NCBI GenBank assembly: GCA_963701855.1
Contig: CAVPBK010000006.1
Coordinates: forward strand, 928,001-992,000
Direction: 5' to 3'
Length of the DNA: 64,000 nucleotides
Source of the DNA: Nitrospirota bacterium
GTDB lineage: Bacteria > Nitrospirota > Nitrospiria > Nitrospirales > Nitrospiraceae
Part shown: positions 29,500 through 41,189 of the stretch, piece by piece
Position numbering within the stretch: the first letter of the stretch is position 1
Layout: every line of letters begins with the position of its first letter
The notes under the pieces: model-generated
Told to the model about the DNA's origin: nothing
Seen by the model: only the letters and a program-made list of their open reading frames with translations
Database searches by the model: none
Made by a program: the position numbers and the translations under genes

Positions 29500-31251
29500 T
29501 CACCTATCACATTCCCCCATCACAACATCGTAGGTTCCGAAGATCGTGATGATGTCGGAAATCAGGTAGCCTCGCGCCATATGGTCGAAGGCCCCCATGT
29601 GTACGAATGACGGCGCACGAATCTTCAGCCGGTAAGGGCGGGGGCTGCCGTCGCTGACGATAAAAAATCCCAACTCGCCCTTGGGGGCCTCGGTTGCGCA
29701 ATAGGTCTCGGCCTTCGGCGGCTTGATGCCCTGGGTATAAATGATGAAATGATGGATCAAGCTTTCCATGTCCCGCATGACCAATTCCTTGGGCGGCGGG
29801 ATATATTGCGGCGCCTCGGCCATGATCGGCCCAGCAGGAAGCTGATCGAGACATTGTGCAATGATCCTGGCGCTCTGCCGCATTTCTTCCATGCGGATCC
29901 AGTATCGGTCATAGGTGTCTCCGTTCCTGCCGATCGGTACGTCCCAATCGACTTTGTCGTACACGCCGTAGGGTTCGGCCTTGCGGACATCGTAGGCGAC
30001 GCCCGACCCTCGCAAGACCGGCCCGGTGCAGCCGAAGCTGATCGCATCTTCAGCTGAGAGCAGGGCCACGTTCTTTGTGCGGCCGAGCCAGATGCGGTTC
30101 GATGCGATGAGCGAATCGTATTCCTTGACCTTCTCGGGAAAGATATCGAGGAACGCCTTCATCCGTTGGACCAACTCGGGGGTGAAATCGCTATCGACAC
30201 CGCCGATACGATAGTAGTTCAGGGTCAGGCGGGCCCCACAGAGCTTTTCGAACATGTCCAACAGTATTTCGCGCTCCCGGAAGGTCCAGAAGAACACGGT
30301 CATGGCGCCGATATCGAGCGCCTGCGTACCGAGCCAAAAGAGGTGTCCGATGATGCGTTGCATCTCGGCCACGATGGTCCGGATATATTCGGCCCGGATC
30401 GGCACCCCGATCTCGAGGAGTTTTTCCACGGCACGCACGTACGCGTAGTTGTTGGACATGGCACAGACATAGTCGAGCCGGTCCGTGTGCGGGATGATCT
30501 GCATGTAGGTCAAACCCTCGGACAACTTTTCGACACCTCGATGCAGGTAACCGAGGTCCGGTGTGGCCTTCACAACCCGTTCACCGTCCAATAAGAGCAC
30601 GACACGCAGCACTCCATGCGTACTCGGATGCTGCGGCCCCATGTTCAGCAGCAGTTCCTCTTTCCGTTGGGAAGCGGGCACGTCGGTCTCGGCGCGATAG
30701 AAAACTTTCTGCTCCTCAGGGACTTCGCTCTCGATGACGTCGACAGAGGCCTCATCGAATCTCGGAATAAAGTCGAATTGGCTGCGCCAGCCACGCCCTT
30801 CGGTCGGAAAATCCTTTCTCAACGGGTATCCCTCGGTATAATCCTCCGGCATCAGAATGCGCCTGAGATCGGGGTGGCCGGAAAAATTAATGCCCATCAT
30901 GTCGTACACTTCTCGTTCCAGAAAGTCGGCGCCCTTCCAGACTCCAGTGACCGACGCAATCGTCGGATCATCCTCGGTAATACGCGCCTTGAGACGAAGA
31001 CGCTGCTGAAGGGGAAGCGAGTGCAAGTGGTAGACGACTTCGAATCGCAGCTGATCTTCGGGATAATCGACTGAGCAAATATCGGTGAGATGATCGAAGG
31101 CTGCCTCCGGCGCATCGTGCAAGTAGCGAGCAATCTCCAGCAGACGCGTAGCGGCCACAGAGACAGAGGTCTCGGCACGTGCAGTATCGACGCGGATCGC
31201 GAGGATCGCGTCCGGGAATTTCGTCTTCAGGCTGTCGAGCAGTGCTTTCAT
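29500..31251 (-). CDS. nuoCD: NADH-quinone oxidoreductase fused subunit C/D
   Basis: NuoC motif EREVYDMMGI.F.GHPDLRRILM followed by NuoD NMGPQHPSTHGVLR, ending GECDR. Start reassigned to ATG 31251. Confidence 0.96.
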   Translation of the reverse strand: MKALLDSLKTKFPDAILAIRVDTARAETSVSVAATRLLEIARYLHDAPEAAFDHLTDICSVDYPEDQLRFEVVYHLHSLPLQQRLRLKARITEDDPTIASVTGVWKGADFLEREVYDMMGINFSGHPDLRRILMPEDYTEGYPLRKDFPTEGRGWRSQFDFIPRFDEASVDVIESEVPEEQKVFYRAETDVPASQRKEELLLNMGPQHPSTHGVLRVVLLLDGERVVKATPDLGYLHRGVEKLSEGLTYMQIIPHTDRLDYVCAMSNNYAYVRAVEKLLEIGVPIRAEYIRTIVAEMQRIIGHLFWLGTQALDIGAMTVFFWTFREREILLDMFEKLCGARLTLNYYRIGGVDSDFTPELVQRMKAFLDIFPEKVKEYDSLIASNRIWLGRTKNVALLSAEDAISFGCTGPVLRGSGVAYDVRKAEPYGVYDKVDWDVPIGRNGDTYDRYWIRMEEMRQSARIIAQCLDQLPAGPIMAEAPQYIPPPKELVMRDMESLIHHFIIYTQGIKPPKAETYCATEAPKGELGFFIVSDGSPRPYRLKIRAPSFVHMGAFDHMARGYLISDIITIFGTYDVVMGECDR

Positions 31252-31339
31252 AATTCTTGTTCGCGGGATGGGCGCGCCTCGCGGGAAAAGCGCGATTTGC
31301 TCGTCGCGCACGTCCCGCTTCCCTCGCCTGTCTCGCGGT

Positions 31340-31819
31340 TCATCTCACAAACACCTTTTCCCGCTGAATCTTTTCCTGTAATTTCAGTAACCCATCGAGC
31401 AATGCTTCCGGACGGGGTGGACAGCCCGGCACATAGACATCAACCGGAATAATCTGATCGACGCCTTGAACCACCGCGTAACTATTATAGTGGTTACCTG
31501 ATGTGGCGCAGGAGCCCATAGAAATGACATATCGCGGTTCCGGCATCTGGTCGTAGATACGGCGGATCACCGGCGCCATCTTGCGCGTCACCGTGCCGGC
31601 AATGATCATGAGGTCGGCTTGCCTTGGCGAGGCTCGAAAGACACCGGCGCCGAAACGATCCAAGTCATACCGCGACGACACGGTCGCAATCATTTCGATG
31701 GCGCAGCAGGCCAAGCCAAACGTCATCGGCCACAATGCCGACTTTCGAGACCAATTCACGACCGCATCCAGATTGGTCGTCAGAATATTCGCCTCAAACT
31801 GTCTCTCCAGAAAGCTCAT
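31340..31819 (-). CDS. nuoB: NADH-quinone oxidoreductase subunit B
   Basis: [26 protein letters not shown]. Confidence 0.98.
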   Translation of the reverse strand: MSFLERQFEANILTTNLDAVVNWSRKSALWPMTFGLACCAIEMIATVSSRYDLDRFGAGVFRASPRQADLMIIAGTVTRKMAPVIRRIYDQMPEPRYVISMGSCATSGNHYNSYAVVQGVDQIIPVDVYVPGCPPRPEALLDGLLKLQEKIQREKVFVR

Positions 31820-31916
31820 GAATGACTCCGTGAGACATGAAACGTGAAAGGTGAAATGAAACGAAAACGCCTCTCGTTTTTCCCTTTCACGTCTAACGTT
31901 TCACATTTTACGTTAC

Positions 31917-32288
31917 TTAGTCCCACTCCAGCGCCCCCTTCTTCCAGGCATACCAGAATCCGGCCAGCAGGATGCCGATAAACACGAGCATCTCGATGAG
32001 GCCCAGCAGGCCGAGCGACTGAAACCGGATGGCCCAGGGGATCATAAAAATGACCTCGATATCGAAAATGACAAAGAGCATAGCGATGATGTAGTACCGA
32101 ATCGGAAACTGGATGCGTGCATCGGAAAACAGCGGGCTTCCGCTTTCATAGGGGGCCTGCTTGGCTCGATAAGGACGACTCGGCCTGATGAACGAGCCGA
32201 CGAGCAGCGAGCCGCCGATGGCGACAACGGCGATGCCGATAAACACCAAGATCGGCAGATAATTCAGTGGAACCGATTCGCCACCCAT
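31917..32288 (-). CDS. nuoA: NADH-quinone oxidoreductase subunit A
   Basis: PYESG, FVIFDIEVIF, WKKGALEWD. Confidence 0.97.
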   Translation of the reverse strand: MGGESVPLNYLPILVFIGIAVVAIGGSLLVGSFIRPSRPYRAKQAPYESGSPLFSDARIQFPIRYYIIAMLFVIFDIEVIFMIPWAIRFQSLGLLGLIEMLVFIGILLAGFWYAWKKGALEWD

Positions 32289-32328
32289 AGATTCCTGTTA
32301 ACCGTCAAAAGTTAATGGTCACTAGTCA

Positions 32329-33549
32329 TTAGAAGGAACCAATGGTCGCAGGATTGACCAATGACTGTTGGCTAGCGACCTTGTTTGCCGCCAGCGCCGA
32401 GCCGAAGAAGGGTTTGAATTTCAAGCCGTCCAGTTCCGGACGACTGATGCCCTTGTGTTGAACGAGTACCTTGAACGTGCTGCCCATGCCGTCCGGCTTC
32501 AAGAGTTGAATCGCGGCGTAAAACTCCCGGCTCTCCGGCTCCAACTCCCCGATCATCTCTTCAGCGCCGAGCCCCATCAGAAAACTCATTTGGTTCGTGA
32601 ACCCAGTTACGTGAAGTCCATGCGTCTCACCGACGGCGGCTAGGTTTGAAAAGTCTACATGAGCGGTCATATCCTGCTCGCCGACGCGAATGAATGGATC
32701 CTCGTTCGTCCGTTGTTGGAAATAGCAGAGGAACGTGCCGTCCTTCCGCTCAGGCCCATAGAGATCCTGCGCCGTATGGCCATAATCAATCGTCAAAACA
32801 AATCCACAATCCATCCGCTGAGCAACCTGCTCCATCCAGTTCAGAGCTTGGAGATTCACCTCAGTTCGGTAGCCTTCCAGCCACGTCGCATTCAGGTGCT
32901 CCAGATATTGAGCGAGTGCATCCGTTGACAGAGGCTTGAGACAGTCCTCAAAACATCCGTCGCGATAATCTACATAGAGTTCTTCGGTTCGTCCGGCATT
33001 GACTTGAATTCGGTGCACCGGAAAGGCATCGATTAGTTCGTTGCTCAAGAACAGACCGGTCACGCTCTCCGGCGCCAGCCCATCGAGGCCTTCCACCCAA
33101 GTGACGAGACCGGGCTTGCTGAGCCAGGGAGCCAGATTCTGCTCCTGTAAGCTCCGCATGGCAGGGCTCCGTTCGATCAGGACATAGCGGACACGCGATG
33201 CGAAGTCGTCCTGCCCGGCATAAATTTCCGCCAGGCAGTCTCGTGCTAAAAGTCCTTTGCCTGCACCCATTTCGACGATCGTGAAGGGAGTGGGGCGGCC
33301 CACTAATTCGTCCATTTGCCTGGCCTGTCCGGCAATTGCACGGCCGAGAATCGGGTCCACATCGGAGCTGGTGTAGAAATCGCCGGACCAGCCGATTCGT
33401 TCATGCTCCGCACTGTATGGTTGGCGCATGTAATAGCCGAATTGAGGGTGATAGAGCGCCAGTTCCATAAAGCGGACAAAGGGGATTGGCCCGTTTTGGA
33501 CGATCTCGGACGAAATGGCAGCGATAAGTTCAGGATGCCCGGTTGTCAC
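32329..33549 (-). CDS. SAM-dependent methyltransferase, MidA/NDUFAF7 family
   Basis: FMELALYHPQFGYY, GDFYTS, EMGAGKG, SNELIDAFPVH, IDYG, GEQDMTAHVDF, MGSTFKVL. Confidence 0.9.
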   Translation of the reverse strand: MTTGHPELIAAISSEIVQNGPIPFVRFMELALYHPQFGYYMRQPYSAEHERIGWSGDFYTSSDVDPILGRAIAGQARQMDELVGRPTPFTIVEMGAGKGLLARDCLAEIYAGQDDFASRVRYVLIERSPAMRSLQEQNLAPWLSKPGLVTWVEGLDGLAPESVTGLFLSNELIDAFPVHRIQVNAGRTEELYVDYRDGCFEDCLKPLSTDALAQYLEHLNATWLEGYRTEVNLQALNWMEQVAQRMDCGFVLTIDYGHTAQDLYGPERKDGTFLCYFQQRTNEDPFIRVGEQDMTAHVDFSNLAAVGETHGLHVTGFTNQMSFLMGLGAEEMIGELEPESREFYAAIQLLKPDGMGSTFKVLVQHKGISRPELDGLKFKPFFGSALAANKVASQQSLVNPATIGSF

Positions 33550-33754
33550 AAGCGACTCCTTATAATCCTATCGACAACACAGGAAAAATGACAGCACAAG
33601 CCGAGGAGACACCCCACCCCTCCCTCTTGAAGGGCAAAAGAGGGCAAACACGTATTGTAGAGTAGCCTTGAGTTTGCTGCTAAGTCAAGGCGAAGATACT
33701 GGAAACTCAGGCAAATCTCCCGATTCGAGGAGGAGGGGATGGTGCCCGATGATC

Positions 33755-33925
33755 TTCTGTGTTCGCGCAACGCGCGGCCTCAGAAGGATCGGGTGGGAGC
33801 AGCCAGATGCCCTTCTTGCTCGCAGAACGCGCACGATGAAACTGTACTCATTCGATGCGCGCAGTGGAAGATCAATCAGCCTCCATCCCTGAGGAAATAA
33901 CGAGCGAGCTTGGAAGGATCATTAG
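33755..33925. repeat. Dispersed intergenic repeat
   Basis: TCGCGCAACGCGCGGCCT..GAAGG also occurs, inverted, at ~29460-29485. Boundaries are approximate. Confidence 0.45.
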
Positions 33926-34218
33926 CTCTGCATGCGAGAGCCCGGCGATCCTGTCTGGAGTTTCTACCATGCCGCTCCATCCAAGCCGTGACCCTTCTTC
34001 CCCTTTTCTCTCTCCGGCTCGGCTGGATATGGACTGAGGCGTTCGACATAGCGTCTGCCCTATTTGAATAGGTGGTGACGGCCACGCACGACGGCATTGC
34101 GACCCTTCGGCACAGATTTAGAGTCCTGTGTGGTGAAGTGTAAAAGGCACAGTAGCAGTGGCGGCCCGTCGTATCATGGCGACGCCGAAGTTCCACGCCC
34201 TTCGTCAGCCGAGCCTCT

Positions 34219-36939
<2,721 letters not shown>

Positions 36940-37115
36940 GATATTGTCGCTCGGAGCGAACGCCGACCTCCCTAAAATTATTTGACGCAGTATACAACAT
37001 CTTTTCTCTGAATCCTATAACAAGGCAGGGGCTCAGACTCTCCATAGTTCATTCTTACTTGGCCTAAACCCTCAGCCTTCAGCCTTTTTCGGACTGCAGG
37101 TCTCAAATCGTCGTC

Positions 37116-37145
37116 TTGACAGGCCTCGTGGCGGTCCATTAAACT
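37116..37145 (+). promoter_or_regulatory. Putative sigma70 promoter of the RAPP-leader operon
   Basis: TTGACA (37116-37121), 18-bp spacer, TAAACT (37140-37145), ~30 nt before leader 1. Confidence 0.6.
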
Positions 37146-37174
37146 TCGATCAAGTCACACTGGGTCGTTTACCG

Positions 37175-37480
37175 ATGAACCAAGTCGCCCTCAAATTCCT
37201 GTCGATCGTTCTGGTGATCTGTGTCCTTTCCGTCGGCGGATTGGCTCAGGCGCAGTCGGTCGAACATGCCGGACACCATGCCCAGCATCAGGCTGCCACA
37301 CATGGCACCCTGCTCTGCTCTTGGATGTGTGCCGCCGGAACGATTCTCGATTCGGCGGTGGTCACGTTTCAGGCCGAACTCAGCCCTATTGCTTTCATCA
37401 CACTCCCCCATTCTGCACAGCCTTCCATTGTGGCATGCAGAACTTCACCCAGCCGCGCCCCTCCGTCTTTCTTTCTATAG
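37175..37480 (+). CDS. Putative metal-sensing arrest leader peptide 1 (DUF2946/CruR-like)
   Basis: Signal-like N-terminus, HAGHHAQH, HGTLLCSWMC, 41-aa spacer, RAPP four residues before the stop. Confidence 0.8.
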   Translation: MNQVALKFLSIVLVICVLSVGGLAQAQSVEHAGHHAQHQAATHGTLLCSWMCAAGTILDSAVVTFQAELSPIAFITLPHSAQPSIVACRTSPSRAPPSFFL

Positions 37481-37602
37481 TTTTCGTCGATCATCGGCTC
37501 GCAACGAGAGCCGCATTCCGTCTCTCGTATGATCCACTGAGTGGGTTGTAAGGCAGCCGGATAGGGACGATTCTTAATAGAGAGAAAAGGAACAGCGTCA
37601 TA

Positions 37603-38718
37603 ATGGTACGTAAACGGTTCATACTCGGATTCATTCTCAGTCTTACACTCGTTGTCTTCTCGTGGCCCGGCGCCCAGACCGCACAGGCCTCGTGCGGATC
37701 CGTCACTTGCTTTGTCGTGATCGGGTCGGCGCAGCAAGTCTCGCCGGAAGGTCTCCTCACCGTGAATACGTTTTATAACTATACGAAGCAGTCCACCTTG
37801 CCGCCTGGGGGAAGTGGAATTATCCCGGGTGTTGACGTCGCGAATAGGAATATGATCCTCGACCATCACAAGGAGATTCGTACGATTACACAAATGGTGA
37901 CCTTGGATTTGAACTATGGCATCAGCGATCGGCTCGGCATCGAAGTCGCCATTCCCTACAAGATGCTCGAACATCACCACATTGATGGGCTCGGTGAGGA
38001 CAACGGCGGTGCCGGTGTGGCGACCAAATTCACCGATTCCGGCATTGGAGACATTTTTGTCAATCTGAAGTACAACGCGTTGCCGACGCTGACGAGTATG
38101 GTCGTCACCGGATTTGGCGTCTATCTGCCCACCGGTGAAAATAAAGCCGCAGACCCCAACGGCGGGGTCTTTGAACCGACGGCCCAGCTGGGACGAGGGC
38201 AGGTCGGCCTCCAGGGATCACTGTACGGGACCTATGAGCTCATTCCTCACCGGTTAAACCAGTTCGCCACCGCCAGTTATCGCCACACGTTCCAAAACAA
38301 CTGGGGGTATCAATTCGGCGATCAGTACGACTTGAGTACGGGCGCCAATCTCGTTGCGGCTCCGTGGCTCGTGCTGAACGCGCAGCTCAATTACCGGTAT
38401 ATGGTGCATGACTCCTGTAAATGCTCGCTGTCTCAGTCGCTAGTTCCAGGCGACCTAGGCTTCCCGGGCGAAGCAGCCCTCGTTGACGGTACCATCAAGA
38501 CTCGACCGGTGCCCACCACCGGGTCAACCTTTTTAGCCTTTACGCCCGGATTTTCCCTGAATATGGGAACATTATTGCCGGAGCAAAAGTGGGCCGACAC
38601 GTTGCAGGCCTATTTCTTTGCCCAGATTCCGGTGCAGGCGGACTTCAACGGGAACCTGCAGCAGAGCACAAGTTTCATGGCCGGGCTCACGAAGTATTTT
38701 AATTTCACCAAGTCCTGA
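37603..38718 (+). CDS. Secreted, probable outer-membrane beta-barrel protein with Cys/His motifs
   Basis: Signal peptide ending AQA, then SCGSVTC. HHKE and EHHH motifs. SGIGD and YLPTG segments resemble MetA-pathway/transporter barrels. Confidence 0.6.
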   Translation: MVRKRFILGFILSLTLVVFSWPGAQTAQASCGSVTCFVVIGSAQQVSPEGLLTVNTFYNYTKQSTLPPGGSGIIPGVDVANRNMILDHHKEIRTITQMVTLDLNYGISDRLGIEVAIPYKMLEHHHIDGLGEDNGGAGVATKFTDSGIGDIFVNLKYNALPTLTSMVVTGFGVYLPTGENKAADPNGGVFEPTAQLGRGQVGLQGSLYGTYELIPHRLNQFATASYRHTFQNNWGYQFGDQYDLSTGANLVAAPWLVLNAQLNYRYMVHDSCKCSLSQSLVPGDLGFPGEAALVDGTIKTRPVPTTGSTFLAFTPGFSLNMGTLLPEQKWADTLQAYFFAQIPVQADFNGNLQQSTSFMAGLTKYFNFTKS

Positions 38719-38749
38719 CCGTCAGGACGCGGGCCGAGGAGGAGGATCT

Positions 38750-39304
38750 ATGAGCAAGCGTACGGTATTGGCACTCGGGATAGTGATGGGGCTGACATTC
38801 GTTAGTCTCTGGCTCCCGACGATCTCGGTCTGGAGCATGGGCTCGCGAGTCCCGACGGTCGGAATGCAAGCTGAGGATTTTCGCTTGCCCGATCTGGCAG
38901 GCAAGGAACAGAGCCTCAGCCAGTATCGCGGCAAGATCGTGCTCCTAAACTTCTGGGCTACCTGGTGCAAACCCTGCACAACAGAAATGCCGGCCATGCA
39001 AACCATTTATGACAAGCTGCGAGACAAAGGCTTCGTGGTCCTCGCCGTCAACGAGTTAGAGGACGACGCCAAAGTGCGCGAGCACATCAAGCAGTATGGC
39101 CATACATTCCCGGTCCTGATGGATCACGACAACAAAGTCGCCAACCAGTTCGGCGTGTTCGGATTGCCCGTGAGCGTCTTCATCGACCAAGAGGGCCGAG
39201 TCCAGGAATATATCAAGGGCGGGCTGCTCACCGAACAGAAGATCGAGGAAACCGTCGCACGGATTCAGAAACAGGAGCCGGTAAAGGCAGCGGCTCTTCG
39301 ATAA
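38750..39304 (+). CDS. TlpA/ResA-family thiol-disulfide reductase
   Basis: LNFWATWCKPCTTEMP, cis-Pro GLP, N-terminal anchor. GGAGG RBS before ATG 38750. Confidence 0.92.
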   Translation: MSKRTVLALGIVMGLTFVSLWLPTISVWSMGSRVPTVGMQAEDFRLPDLAGKEQSLSQYRGKIVLLNFWATWCKPCTTEMPAMQTIYDKLRDKGFVVLAVNELEDDAKVREHIKQYGHTFPVLMDHDNKVANQFGVFGLPVSVFIDQEGRVQEYIKGGLLTEQKIEETVARIQKQEPVKAAALR

Positions 39305-39310
39305 AGACTT

Positions 39311-39610
39311 ATGAACCCTAGGACTCGACAATTTGTAATCGGAGGGTTCGCGCTCTGGCTTGTGGCGCTCAGCGGAATTGTGTACCCGCAGCTCACCACC
39401 CACATGGGGCAACATGAGCATCACAACGCAACGACTCACGCCACCGCACTCTGTTCATGGCTCTGCATCGCGGCCGACGCGGTCGAGGGCACTTCAGTGT
39501 CCTTCATTCCCGTTGAACTAGTAGACTCTATCGAACAGGAGTCCCTCAGACCACAGATCAGTGCTCTCATTAGTTTTCAGCCACCAGCACGTGCCCCGCC
39601 CTTCGCATAA
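39311..39610 (+). CDS. Putative metal-sensing arrest leader peptide 2
   Basis: Hydrophobic N-terminus, HMGQHEHH, HATALCSWLC, 41-aa spacer, RAPPFA-stop. Confidence 0.8.
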   Translation: MNPRTRQFVIGGFALWLVALSGIVYPQLTTHMGQHEHHNATTHATALCSWLCIAADAVEGTSVSFIPVELVDSIEQESLRPQISALISFQPPARAPPFA

Positions 39611-39785
39611 TTCCTCCTCCTTTCCAATCTTCAGAGCTTGTCAGTGATAGCGCTCACAACTTCTTTCCCCTGACAGAGGTTGCGGTCGGTCATCGATCTG
39701 ACTTGGGGGAAGGGAAGCAGCTTGACTGAAATCGCGCCTGCATGTCGCATCTTTGAAATAGAATCAGACTGAGGAGAATGAATCG

Positions 39786-39920
39786 ATGAGACACAGTCGG
39801 TCTTCGACTCGATGGTTAGGGACATCTTTCCTGACGTTCTTTTCCCTTGGTCAGTTGAAGGAAGAGACAAGGACTGAGCCTAAAGCCGAGCATACATTCA
39901 CACCGGTGGTGCTCAAGTGA
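39786..39920 (+). CDS. 44-aa ORF coupled to tonB, possibly a deletion remnant
   Basis: GAGGAG RBS at 39771-39776. Reads MRHSRSSTRWLGTSFLTFFSLG...PVVLK. Its TGA overlaps the tonB GTG (GTGA). Confidence 0.45.
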   Translation: MRHSRSSTRWLGTSFLTFFSLGQLKEETRTEPKAEHTFTPVVLK

Positions 39921-40813
39921 CACTCAATACGGATTGGCGGTATCGCGTACAAGGATGGGTGGTGTCCGCGGCTTTTCACGGCCTTGCGCTCACCGTGGCC
40001 CTTGGGCTCATGGCTCAGGTCAAACCGGCAGTGCCGAAAGAGGTGTTTACGTGGGACGTCGCCTTGGTCGAACCAGAACGGATTCCAGAAACACGTCAGG
40101 CTGAATTCACGCCAACCCAGGAACCTGCAAAACCAACTCCGCGTCCGTCAACTCCCACCCCCAGACAGCCCCAAATGGTCACCCGGGAAGTGCGGCCACG
40201 CGAGGTAACACCGATTGTGCAGCGCGAAATCCGCCAGGTGGTCGAGACGAGTCAGCCGACTCAACAGATGGTGGCGGTGCACACGAGTACCGAGGCAGTC
40301 ACGCCGGTCCAGGAACAGCCTCCAGCAGAGGTTCAGCAGACCACGCAGGCTGTGGTTGAGTCGATAGCCCCTGTCGTTCAGCATGAAGGAGTGACTGCTG
40401 AACCGGCGATTAGCTCAGCGCCGGAGACTGCTGCTGCGAGCGACGCCAAACCGACTGAATCTGTCGCACAGGAGTCCGCACCACAAGTAGCAATGGCAAC
40501 CCGTCCGACTCCCGTGGTCAAAGTCGATCATGGCTGGTTGGCCGAATCGCTGAGGCGGAGACTGGCTGAGATCAAACGCTATCCAAGCACCGCGCGCCTC
40601 AATGGCTGGGAAGGGAAGGTCGTGCTGCGCGCAGTCATTCGAGCCGATGGCCATTTGTCAGAGGTAAAGGTGCATCGCAGTTCCGGCTATGAGTCACTCG
40701 ATAATGCGGCCATAGAAGCCATCCGCTTGGTCTGTCCGCTCCATATGCATCAACCACTCGGTACGCCCGAAGTAGCGGTGTATGTGCCGATGGTCTATAG
40801 CCTCGGAAGTTAG
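39917..40813 (+). CDS. tonB: Energy transducer TonB
   Basis: TM SAAFHG (SxxxH), Pro/Glu/Thr-rich linker, YPSTARLNGWEGKV and SSGYESLDNAA. Confidence 0.92.
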   Translation: MTLNTDWRYRVQGWVVSAAFHGLALTVALGLMAQVKPAVPKEVFTWDVALVEPERIPETRQAEFTPTQEPAKPTPRPSTPTPRQPQMVTREVRPREVTPIVQREIRQVVETSQPTQQMVAVHTSTEAVTPVQEQPPAEVQQTTQAVVESIAPVVQHEGVTAEPAISSAPETAAASDAKPTESVAQESAPQVAMATRPTPVVKVDHGWLAESLRRRLAEIKRYPSTARLNGWEGKVVLRAVIRADGHLSEVKVHRSSGYESLDNAAIEAIRLVCPLHMHQPLGTPEVAVYVPMVYSLGS

Positions 40814-40833
40814 CCGATAGGAATTGATGTCCT

Positions 40834-41181
40834 ATGTCTCTGCTGTCAGGCCAAGGATTGAAGATGGTCAAGCTGGCGTTGGGCCTTCTAGGCATGGTGA
40901 CTATGCCAATCTGGGCTGAGGAGAAGCAGGATGTGATGAGCGAATCGGCACGAGCGGCGCGTATCCAGCAACTGCAGCGGGATCGCGCGAAGGTCGAACG
41001 GAAATTGCGTCAACTCCGTTCGCACCCGGAAGGCACAGCTCGATTATCCGCTCCCAGAACCGAACTCTCGGACCAACCGACGAGAAGTCTGAAGGAATCG
41101 CTCGAATCCTTGCCAGGAGTGAGTGCGCGGCAAAGTTTCAGTGGGCGCGATGTACCCTTATCCATTCGTGGCTTGAAGTGA
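40834..41181 (+). CDS. Small secreted protein resembling the N-terminal plug region of the neighbouring TonB-dependent receptor
   Basis: QPTRSLKESLESLPGVSARQ...LSIRG versus QPTRTMKESMESLPGVVLRQ...IMIRG in the receptor. Confidence 0.65.
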   Translation: MSLLSGQGLKMVKLALGLLGMVTMPIWAEEKQDVMSESARAARIQQLQRDRAKVERKLRQLRSHPEGTARLSAPRTELSDQPTRSLKESLESLPGVSARQSFSGRDVPLSIRGLK

Positions 41182-41189
41182 GGTGCCCT

